Shown: positions 8,870 through 16,657 of the stretch, piece by piece
How the letters are laid out: the number at the start of each line of letters is the position of its first letter
Numbering within the stretch: position 1 is the stretch's first letter
Program-made: the position numbers and the translations under genes
The notes under the pieces: generated by a model
Told to the model about the DNA's origin: nothing
Database searches by the model: none
Seen by the model: only the letters and a program-made list of their open reading frames with translations
NCBI GenBank assembly: GCA_046052125.1
Contig: JBJOMY010000001.1
Span: 544,001 to 608,000, forward strand
Direction: 5' to 3'
DNA length: 64,000 nt
Origin: Cyanobacteriota bacterium
GTDB taxonomy: Bacteria > Cyanobacteriota > Cyanobacteriia > PCC-6307 > Cyanobiaceae

Positions 8870-9378
8870 ATGGACATCACCCCCCACATCTCCGATCTGG
8901 CCGCCAGCCGCGAGCAGGTGCACGACCTGATGGCCGAGACCACCACTGTGACCTGCTTTGGCAGCCGGGCGCTGCTGTCGCTGTTTGTTTGCGCGGCTCC
9001 GTTTCCGCAGAGCGTGGTGGCGGCAGTCACCACCGAGGCCGAAGGGCTAGATCGGGTGAAGCAGCATCGGCCGGCCTTCCTCTTCGCCACCGAGCAGCTG
9101 GAAAGCGGCAACGGACTCTCCCTCGTTCGCCAGGCCCACCGAGAGCTCCCGGAACTGCGCACGCTGCTGATCCTGCAAAGCGCATCGCCGCAACTGCTGC
9201 AGGAAGCGCTGGAGGCTGGCTGCAATGGCGTGGTGGTGGAGAGCCATCTAGCTCAGGGAGCGATGGTGGATGCGATTCGCGCCGTGGTGGGTGGCGGGAT
9301 CTACGCCGATCGTCTCGGCGTGGAGGCGTTACGCGCCACCCGTCGCGGCGAAGCGCCAGAGCCCCTCGAAGCCCTCTC
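8870..9378 (+). pseudogene. NarL/LuxR-type response regulator truncated by the IS3 element (receiver-like domain only)
   Basis: Degenerate receiver (EQLESGNGLSLV, EALEAGCNGVV, DAIRAVVGGGIY) ends at PLEALS, exactly where a LuxR HTH would begin. The remainder of the 197-aa ORF is IS sequence. Confidence 0.7.
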
Positions 9379-9393
9379 TGAGGTGGGTGCCTT

Positions 9394-10304
9394 TTATTGG
9401 ACGGTTCTGGCCCCTGAAATCGTTAACTCCAGACGGAAGGAACAGGGTTCAATTTCAGTGTAGACCTCATGGGGAGTTCTGCCTCCCAGAGAGCTGTGTG
9501 GCCTTACATGGCAATACCTCCAGAGGAATCGGGCCAGACTGATCTCAGCCTTCCAGCCATCGCTATAGGCACGTAGATAGACCTCCTCGTATTTGACCGT
9601 GCGCCACAGCCTCTCCACCAAGATGTTGTCGTAGCAGCGCTTTCTGCCTGACCAGCTGATCTTGATCTTCTCGGACTGCAGCCTGGCCACAAAGTCAGAA
9701 GAGGTGAACTGGCAGCCCTGGTCGGAGTGGAAGATCTCTGGTTTGCGGCCACCCTCCAGCGCCATTTCCAGAGCCTTAAGGCAGAACTCTGTGTCAAGGC
9801 TGTACCGCTTCGCGGAAGCCAAGGGCTACGAGAGCTTCCAGCTGAGCACGTTCCTGGAGAAGAGATCCACGATCGCCACCAGATAGAGGAAACCCTTCTG
9901 CAGCGGGATGTAGGTGATGTCGGTGGCCCAGACCTGATCCACAACCGTGACCAGCCGGAGATCCACCAGACAGGGATAGCGCTCCGATGGATCACCTGGA
10001 ATGGTGGTGCGGGGTTTCTGATAGATCGCCCGTAAACCCATGCGGCGCATAAGGTTTCGTACCCGATCGCGGCTGATCGGTATCCGTTCTCGGGCCAGGT
10101 ACTCCACCATCCGGCGGCTACCGCTGCAGGGATCCTCCAGGTAGAGCGCATCGATCCTGGCCATGATCCGCAGCGTCGATTCACGCACCGATATCGGCCG
10201 GTAATAGAGCGTCGATCTGGGCAGGCCCAACAACGCGCATTGCCTGCTGACGCTGAGCTCAGGGTGGTCGTGATCGACCAACTTGCGCAGTTCACGGGCA
10301 TCAG
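9394..10304 (-). pseudogene. IS3 transposase OrfB (DDE integrase core) interrupted by an in-frame TAG
   Basis: WATDITYI, AIVDLFSR, FHSDQGCQFTS and DNILVERLWRTVKYE motifs, split into ORFs 9826..10443 and 9394..9822 in the same frame. Confidence 0.88.
9804..9829. repeat. Very small hairpin-forming insertion (SDR-like) within orfB
   Basis: ACCGCTTCGCGGAAGCCAAGGGCTAC interrupts the expected SWKLS(N)SLDTEFC segment and contains inverted repeats CCGC/GCGG and GCTTC/GAAGC. Confidence 0.6.
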
Positions 10305-10588
10305 AGCAGCTGAGATTTTTTTTTGAGCCACTCCAGCTCCATCTGCAGCTTTCCGATCTGCTGGAACAGCTCGGCCTCTTTTGCCTGGCCTTCCTCCTTG
10401 TCCTTGCTCTTCTTGCCTCGGGTGAATAGCTCACTGGCGCCATCGAGAAGCTGCCGCTTCCACTGGCTCACTTGGATTGGGTGGATGGCGTGGTCAGCGG
10501 CGATCTCCTGAATCGTCTTGCGGCAACTGATCGCCTCCATGGCGACACGGGCCTTGAACTCAGGACTGTGGGTGCGGCGCTTGCTCAT
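10301..10588 (-). CDS. IS3 transposase OrfA
   Basis: RRTHSPEFKARVAMEA HTH and QQIGKLQMELEWLKKK zipper; A9 run (T9 at 10316-10324 on +) at the orfA/orfB overlap is a -1 frameshift site. Confidence 0.9.
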   Translation of the reverse strand: MSKRRTHSPEFKARVAMEAISCRKTIQEIAADHAIHPIQVSQWKRQLLDGASELFTRGKKSKDKEEGQAKEAELFQQIGKLQMELEWLKKKSQLL

Positions 10589-10763
10589 TGGTGGGAGCCC
10601 CGATCAGGGGCGGTACCCCGCCTCAGAGGTTAACGATGGGGCCTGTCCAGAAAAACCAGTCCACCTCAGAGAACCAACAGCTCACACCTGGAACGTTCGG
10701 CCCCAGGTGCCAACGCCAGCAGCTTCGACTAACGACTGCCATTGGAATGTTGATTAACCCATG

Positions 10764-10790
10764 ACCCTCGGGCTCAGCTCGGGGGTTTTT
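10764..10790 (+). terminator. Rho-independent terminator
   Basis: ACCCTCGGGC-TCA-GCTCGGGGGT stem (with G-U pairs) followed by a T-tract. Confidence 0.6.
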
Positions 10791-10909
10791 GGTGTACGCG
10801 CTGATTGACTGGAAGGATCATGGGTTGCTCTCGCTGAACCCATCAGACCCGCCAGGATCACGGGGCCGGCACAACGTTCGCCGTTGCGCTCGGCCACGCG
10901 AGCCAGTGG

Positions 10910-11653
10910 TTATTGGAAGAGAGCATTCAGCAGGTTGCCCAGAGCATTGCCTACAGCGGCGTCGCGATTGCTGGTGCTATTGCGGTTGGAGTTCTCCTGG
11001 GTAGCCACCAGCTTGTAGTCGCCAAAGCGGAAGATGCCGGTGTTGCCGTGATCGATGAAGGTCACGGGCCAGGTGCCACCAAAACCATCGCGGATCTGGA
11101 ACTGCCCGCCCAGCTGCTGGAACACGTAGTTGGTTCCGTTTTGCAGCTGCACCTCATAGCGGCTTTGTCCGCCCTGCATCACCTGCTTGAGCAAACAGGG
11201 GCCGTCGTAGACGCGTTGGCTAGCGCGGCTGAGGCTGCACAGCCCCGTATCGCGTGCCACCTGGGCTTGGCCAGGGCGAAGGTTGCCGCCACTGCCGGCG
11301 CCGAAGAGTTGCTGGGTGAGGCCGGGTGCCACGCGGCTCTGGCTCCAGCCGTCGTTCCAGCAGGTACGCCGGGCCACGCTGCAAGCCTGGCCGGTGCTGA
11401 GGCGGAAATCGCGGCTGTCGCTATTGCTCAGCTGCTTACTCAGATGATTCCCAGCCTTCTTGCCGTAGACGTCGGTGGTGATGCCGATCGAGGGGCCGAA
11501 GCTGTCGTAGCAGGTTTGGCCGACGGAATCGCACACCACGCCCGCACGGGGGTACATCAGCCCTGCGGGTTGCGCCATGGCAACTTGCGTGAGGGCAAGC
11601 GGCAGTGCTGCTGCAACCGTTGCCGCCAGAGGGGAGAGCCGCATCCAGATCAA
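10910..11653 (-). CDS. Exported YcgJ/Fels-1-like domain protein
   Basis: Signal peptide; PRAGVVCDSVGQTCYDSFGPSIGIT...FRLSTGQACSVARRTC Cys pattern, plus a second small beta domain. Confidence 0.65.
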   Translation of the reverse strand: MIWMRLSPLAATVAAALPLALTQVAMAQPAGLMYPRAGVVCDSVGQTCYDSFGPSIGITTDVYGKKAGNHLSKQLSNSDSRDFRLSTGQACSVARRTCWNDGWSQSRVAPGLTQQLFGAGSGGNLRPGQAQVARDTGLCSLSRASQRVYDGPCLLKQVMQGGQSRYEVQLQNGTNYVFQQLGGQFQIRDGFGGTWPVTFIDHGNTGIFRFGDYKLVATQENSNRNSTSNRDAAVGNALGNLLNALFQ

Positions 11654-12101
11654 GGGTCAGATTGTTAGAGAAGCCTAAGGATGAGAGTCAGCCCCGCAGG
11701 GGTTTGTGACCTCTCTTAGCTTTGCTGACAACATGAATGCAGCCGGGGGATGTCATGGCTTGCACGGTTGATTGGGTCGTAGAATAACAATAGTTGGCCA
11801 TGACAATGTTTCACTAATGTCGTGTTCGAGTATGGCGAAGACTGGGCCGGTGAATCCATTTGCGACCTCCTGGTTGTGAGCGGAACGAATCCCACAAGTC
11901 AATAACAGCTTATTGGAAACTTGAGAGATAGATTTTAGGCGGGCTTGTTGGGATGATGTTGAGATGAGCCGAAGGTGCTGTTTTGACTAGGTGTGTTCGC
12001 AGTCGAAGACGCTCGCTAAATAGGACGCGGAGTAAGCACAGGTTTCGCATTGCTTTTCTCGCAGCATCATATGCATATCTTAAATATTATCGAAGGTTGA
12101 C

Positions 12102-12563
12102 TTAGCTTGAGGATGACTGGCGCTCTTTTTCCATTAAAGAGAGGCACTTTGTTGCCAGTTCCAGTGTTAGCCGCAACTGATCAGAGTTGGCGTCGGTAGA
12201 TTCGGGAGAGTCTCCAGGGACAGGCCGCTTAAAAAGAACAAACTCATGAGGGCCAGCCCGATCAATGCCAATGAGCTCCCAGCCATCATGTCCTTGTGTA
12301 TTGAGGAAATGTTGAAGCTGAAAGGCGGGATCATTTTGTTGTGCGGCAATCTGTGCAGCACGGATCTCGGCTTCGGTTGGCTGGTAGAAGTTTGGAAATT
12401 CTTCCTTGAGATACGAGTCGCTGAATGGCTTCTGAGATCTTTGTGGCTGCTCACGTGTGTCCGTTTGGTCCGTAGCGCCAGCAGCCGGGGTGGGTTGAGG
12501 TTCTACAGGATCAATGTTGAGTCTTACAACTTGATATTCCCAGCGAGGCGAGTGCTTGGTCAT
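12102..12563 (-). CDS. DUF4177-like protein with internal low-complexity insert
   Basis: RWEYQVV at the N-terminus and LQHFLNTQGHDGWELIGI...VLFKRP later form the DUF4177-type pattern. Confidence 0.6.
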   Translation of the reverse strand: MTKHSPRWEYQVVRLNIDPVEPQPTPAAGATDQTDTREQPQRSQKPFSDSYLKEEFPNFYQPTEAEIRAAQIAAQQNDPAFQLQHFLNTQGHDGWELIGIDRAGPHEFVLFKRPVPGDSPESTDANSDQLRLTLELATKCLSLMEKERQSSSS

Positions 12564-12698
12564 CGCTTAGCTTCGTATATTTCGGGAATACTAGCAACAC
12601 CGAAAACAGCGCATTGGGCCATCGATTGTCAACAAATACCAAGGCTAGGCGCTAGCCGTGGGCTGTGGCGCTAGAATTGTGATAAGATTGCAGTAGAC

Positions 12699-13460
12699 AT
12701 GAAACTCGTTCGTCTCCTTTTGGGATCCTTCCTTGCTGCGGGAACCCAGCTTCACTCCCCTTCTTGGGCATCAGACGCTGCAGATGTGAAACAGATTTTG
12801 TCAAATATTCCCGTCTTTGTTCCTGTGACTCCAGATGGGAAAATCAAGCAGCTCAAACGAGAGGTTAATAAGAAAGGCGTCGATGTCGTGTTTGCTGCCA
12901 TGTCGCCTACCGCAGCATCACTACTCGTTGATCAAGTTATCCGTCCTGCTGAAGGAAAGGGCGCAAACGACATCACATTGACTGTGATGCCAATTACGCA
13001 GTTTAGGGAGTCTTTTGCTGCCATCAAGGCTGAGGCTATTGGTCCAGTCGAAATGGCCTACGTTCCAGATCCGATGCAGGAAGGCCCGGCGGTCAGCCTG
13101 ATGACTTCACAGGGTGTGAAAAGAGATGTCGCGGTGAATATCGCGCGCTCTCAACCCATCTTCTTCTGCCCGGAGCCACTCCTCACCGTGACGCAGAAGG
13201 TTGCCAATCAAGACCGCACATTTTCACCTTGCGGACAAGATTATGTGCAGATGTCTCTTCTAGTGCTTGGCTCTAATATCAAAGGGAGCAGGCCGGGCCT
13301 GCAAGCTGTCCCGCTTGCTGCACTTGAGGAATCCCTTTTATCTCAACCGGCTGAAAAGATCAAGAGCGTCCTTTTGCTCCCCTCTGCGGCGACCGAACAA
13401 GCCCTTCAGAACAACAGCAAGGGCAACGGTGGCGACGGCCGAGGCTCGACCAAAAAATAA
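12699..13460 (+). CDS. Divergent Tic22-like periplasmic chaperone
   Basis: Signal peptide, then ILSNIPVFVPVTPDG, MAYVPDPMQ..A, PIFF, LQAVPLAAL and VLLLPS, giving the two-fold Tic22 motif order. Confidence 0.65.
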   Translation: MKLVRLLLGSFLAAGTQLHSPSWASDAADVKQILSNIPVFVPVTPDGKIKQLKREVNKKGVDVVFAAMSPTAASLLVDQVIRPAEGKGANDITLTVMPITQFRESFAAIKAEAIGPVEMAYVPDPMQEGPAVSLMTSQGVKRDVAVNIARSQPIFFCPEPLLTVTQKVANQDRTFSPCGQDYVQMSLLVLGSNIKGSRPGLQAVPLAALEESLLSQPAEKIKSVLLLPSAATEQALQNNSKGNGGDGRGSTKK

Positions 13461-13531
13461 TAATTCCTCAATGGCATCTCTTGCCAAAAACGGAGTGCCT
13501 GCTTCAATGGACCTAGCTTGCATCCGCCTCA

Positions 13532-13936
13532 ATGTTCCTTAATCGCGAAAAGCGGCTGGCTAGACGCCAGTTCAGGGATTTTGTCCGTTGGCTCGCGGAT
13601 CAAACACAAGAACGGCGGGCCTTTCTGATGGCGCTTTGCTATCGCGAGAGCCAAGTGAGGGATCTCGTAAGTTTTTTTGGCGCCCTCAGCAAGGAGCAGC
13701 AATATGATTCGTTGATTCGGCTTGGCCTCACGCATGAACAAGCTGAGCAAGCCATTGTCAACGGTGAACTTGTTGCAGCAGACCGGCGTCGCTCGGAACA
13801 ACAGTCTTCCCCCACGGAAGATGCATCACAGCTTGATATGTTAAATCACAGCTCTCTGGATGTACCTCCTGAGCTACTGGAACCGCCTAGGCCGTTAAAA
13901 AAGAGAATTGAAATGAGATCTTCTGTAAATCTCTAA
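13532..13936 (+). CDS. Hypothetical protein
   Basis: 134-aa ATG-started helical ORF downstream of the Tic22-like gene. Confidence 0.6.
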   Translation: MFLNREKRLARRQFRDFVRWLADQTQERRAFLMALCYRESQVRDLVSFFGALSKEQQYDSLIRLGLTHEQAEQAIVNGELVAADRRRSEQQSSPTEDASQLDMLNHSSLDVPPELLEPPRPLKKRIEMRSSVNL

Positions 13937-13961
13937 AGGCTGATGGATTCAGCTTGTGAGA

Positions 13962-14258
13962 TTAGGAATGATAGGGCTTAACCCCTTTCTCAATGATTTG
14001 AGCTTTAATGGTCTCGTAATAAGTCTGCTGGGCAGCCTGAATTTGGCGCAGACGATATTGAAGCTCCTCGGCCTCATGGTTGAAGCGTAGCAAGTCCTTC
14101 AAAAGAGCTTTAACTTCATCAGGAAGACTTTCGGTGTCGTAGCTAACATCATCAACAGTGATGAGGTTTGCTGGGGCATCAAGTTGAGGTTGGTCAAAAG
14201 ATTGATCAAGCGAAGACTCGGTACGTTTTTTTCGTACCGGTTTAGTTTGCTCTGGCAT
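13962..14258 (-). CDS. Small DUF6447-like protein
   Basis: ITVDDVSYDTESLPDEVKALL followed by a coiled coil (LQYRLRQIQAAQQTY); starts 13 bp after the tpsB stop. Confidence 0.7.
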   Translation of the reverse strand: MPEQTKPVRKKRTESSLDQSFDQPQLDAPANLITVDDVSYDTESLPDEVKALLKDLLRFNHEAEELQYRLRQIQAAQQTYYETIKAQIIEKGVKPYHS

Positions 14259-14271
14259 TTGGCGAAAAGAG

Positions 14272-16077
14272 TTAGAAACTTAAGGTAACTCTAAAGAATC
14301 CGTTACCGTTGGAGAAGCCTGTAGAAGCGGCTTGTGTATCACTACTGAATGGTACACCATAGCCAGCGTCGGCGCTTAACCATCCACTGCTAGATGAGAA
14401 GAGCCTGAGGCCCAATCCGGCAGTTGCAACCGATTGAACCCCTGAGAAGCCTGGTTCAGTCTGCTTCAGAGAAACAGACCCTCCATCGACGAAGGCGTAG
14501 GGTTGCAAATAGATATTCTTGATTATATTTGGAAGCATGTACGACAATTCAAGGCTACCTATCACGCCCTGATCGCCAAGAATGGTCACCGATCGATAGC
14601 CCTTACCAAAACTATTGCCACCAAAACCAATCTGCTCCGCAGAGGGTGTTGGCCCCTTAGCAGCTTGGGCCATACCTCGTAGCGACACCTGGAGCATGTT
14701 GTCAGATGTGAGGCTTCGTTGGTATGCCAGGTTAAACTGAGCTGTTGTGAAGTCTAATTGACCGTAGTATGGCTCTGAAGATAAATCTGCAATTTGGATA
14801 TTGTTTACACTTCCCAGCATAGACAGACCTTGGCTGAGCTGAATACTCCCTTGGGATGACCAGTTCTTAGCAACTTTATTAGCTTCTAGCCTAATACGGA
14901 ATGTTCTAAGATTAGTTTCCGTGGAACTCACCTTGACATCGGGAGCCAGGGTGGCATTGGTGCTGTTGAGAAGATCAAGTTGAGCAGTCGTATAAATACT
15001 GGATAAACGATTGAGTTTTAAGGGATATCGGAATGCCCAAGACCCGAAATAACTTTCACCGCCTGTGGTCAGGTCTAAGCCTTGAACCCCTGTGCTGAGT
15101 GGGAAGGAATTGGTCTCGGTGAAGGAAAAACTACCCGAGGTGGTTAGGCCAGATGTACCAAGGGGCAGTGAAGCCGAATAAAACAGAGAAGAAAGACCAT
15201 TATTGACTGGCCATGTATATGAGCCAGACGCTGACATGCCAACAGGTATAGCAAGGACTGGGGTGTCGTAGATGCTTGCTGTGCCACGCACATTTCCAAG
15301 CTGCGACGGCACCCAGTTATCCACACCAAGGGAGGCCTGAAGCTTGTCAGGAATGATCTGCAGAGTGAGAATGCTAGATCCTGTTTCTGATCCAGGACTC
15401 AATACAGAGCCAAGTTTGATACCACCGTTGGCTTCTGCGAGCAGTAGCTGGCGCTCAAGGCGTTGAATCGTTAATGGTCCCCTTGACTGGCCCACGACGG
15501 GTTGCAGGAAAGAAAGGAGCCAGCGCTCCAATGGCCCACCAGGCTGAGTGGCTGTGGTTGATTCAGTGTCGGAGCTACTTTGTGGCTTTTGTTTCTGTTG
15601 AAGCTGGATCGTTTCGATATATCCCTCAAGGATCTGTATCTTGAGCTCACCAGTGGAAATATTCTGCTTGGGAAGCAGGGCAACACTGATGAAATACCCC
15701 TTGGAGCGATAGAGTGCGGTAACCTCCTGGGTGAACTGTTCAATCTCCGCGAACGAAAGCTGCTTATCAATAACTTCAGATGCTAACTTTTGAAGCTCAT
15801 CATTGGACACCTTGGTGTTCCCAAGGAAGATCACCTTCTTGATCAGTACACGCACACCATCATCGGCGCCGGATGTTGGCGGAGCAGATTCAACCTCGGG
15901 AGCAGGCCGTGTTGGAGACAGCTGCGGCTGATTTGGAATAGGCGGTAGATATTCACGCTGCAACACACCAGGATTGAGAACCCCAGGATTGATCTGCGCC
16001 AGGGCAGCGTTGACTGAAAGTGCCAGCACTGAAGCAACAGTGCTGGTGTACAAGAGCTTGTTGGTCACAACCAGCAA
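14272..16077 (-). CDS. TpsB outer-membrane transporter (ShlB/FhaC/HecB, Omp85 superfamily)
   Basis: Signal peptide; POTRA (IKKVIFLGNT...LYRSKGYF...PKQNISTGELKIQILEG); second POTRA (LERQLLL...LSPG); beta-barrel with EQIGFGG..GKGY loop, YAFVDGG and C-terminal Phe. Confidence 0.93.
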   Translation of the reverse strand: MLVVTNKLLYTSTVASVLALSVNAALAQINPGVLNPGVLQREYLPPIPNQPQLSPTRPAPEVESAPPTSGADDGVRVLIKKVIFLGNTKVSNDELQKLASEVIDKQLSFAEIEQFTQEVTALYRSKGYFISVALLPKQNISTGELKIQILEGYIETIQLQQKQKPQSSSDTESTTATQPGGPLERWLLSFLQPVVGQSRGPLTIQRLERQLLLAEANGGIKLGSVLSPGSETGSSILTLQIIPDKLQASLGVDNWVPSQLGNVRGTASIYDTPVLAIPVGMSASGSYTWPVNNGLSSLFYSASLPLGTSGLTTSGSFSFTETNSFPLSTGVQGLDLTTGGESYFGSWAFRYPLKLNRLSSIYTTAQLDLLNSTNATLAPDVKVSSTETNLRTFRIRLEANKVAKNWSSQGSIQLSQGLSMLGSVNNIQIADLSSEPYYGQLDFTTAQFNLAYQRSLTSDNMLQVSLRGMAQAAKGPTPSAEQIGFGGNSFGKGYRSVTILGDQGVIGSLELSYMLPNIIKNIYLQPYAFVDGGSVSLKQTEPGFSGVQSVATAGLGLRLFSSSSGWLSADAGYGVPFSSDTQAASTGFSNGNGFFRVTLSF

Positions 16078-16110
16078 AAATGCGAATCGTTAAATCAGAG
16101 AAGAGAAACT

Positions 16111-16398
16111 TTAATCCTGATACTCGTTCGATTCCTCAATCCGATATGGCTCGATATTATTGTCTTTAATTTCTTTTTCGATGGTGGCGATGTAAGCCTG
16201 CTGGCTGAGTTGGGCTTGCCTGAGCTTGAACTGCAGCTCATTCACCTCACGCGCAATTCGCATGAGATCGTCGACAAGAATTTTGATAGAGTCGGGTGCC
16301 TCCAACATGTTGTAGGAGCGACCGTCAAGCGTCAGAAGGGGCGGTGTCTGATCTTGGGACTGCTCTTGGGACTGCTCTTGGCTTAGCTCTTGATCCAT
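16111..16398 (-). CDS. Small DUF6447-like protein (paralogue of 13962..14258)
   Basis: LTLDGRSYNMLEAPDSIKILVDDLMR...LQFKLRQAQLSQQAY aligns with the other copy; start set at ATG 16398 (MDQELSQ). Confidence 0.7.
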   Translation of the reverse strand: MDQELSQEQSQEQSQDQTPPLLTLDGRSYNMLEAPDSIKILVDDLMRIAREVNELQFKLRQAQLSQQAYIATIEKEIKDNNIEPYRIEESNEYQD

Positions 16399-16657
16399 GG
16401 CAGAAAAATCTTTTGCAAATAATACCAGTTGACTTTTCATGACGCAACGATTTGAATACCGTCTTGATTCCCTCGCAATCGTCAGTAGCCCTGCCAATAA
16501 CTCAGTCGCAGACCTTAATAATCTTGATGGGGATGAGGCGGCGCTCAGGGCTCGTTGACGACGGATGAAGCGTTGTGCCTGTCCTGGTTATTGCATAATG
16601 CGATGAGTCTTAGGAATATCTGTTATCGGCATGAGTCCAGGTCTGGATTCATGCTGT

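Larger units (their letters stand above)
9379..10668 (-). mobile_element. IS3-family insertion sequence (1290 bp), inactivated
   Basis: Imperfect terminal IRs TGAGGTGGGTGCCTTTTATTGGAC (9379) and GTCCAGAAAAACCAGTCCACCTCA (10668) give TG...CA ends; orfA and orfB transposase genes lie inside. Confidence 0.92.

Noticed and set aside
7448..11668. Long antisense or alternate-frame ORFs 7448..8416, 9504..10331 and 10913..11668
   Set aside because: They fully overlap better-supported genes and lack recognisable motifs.
12677..12693. TGTGA half-site upstream of the Tic22-like gene as a CRP box
   Set aside because: The second half does not match TCACA well; too weak to report.
16350..16392. 12-nt repeat encoding QEQSQEQSQDQ
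   Set aside because: Short in-frame low-complexity leader; cannot cause frameshift phase variation.
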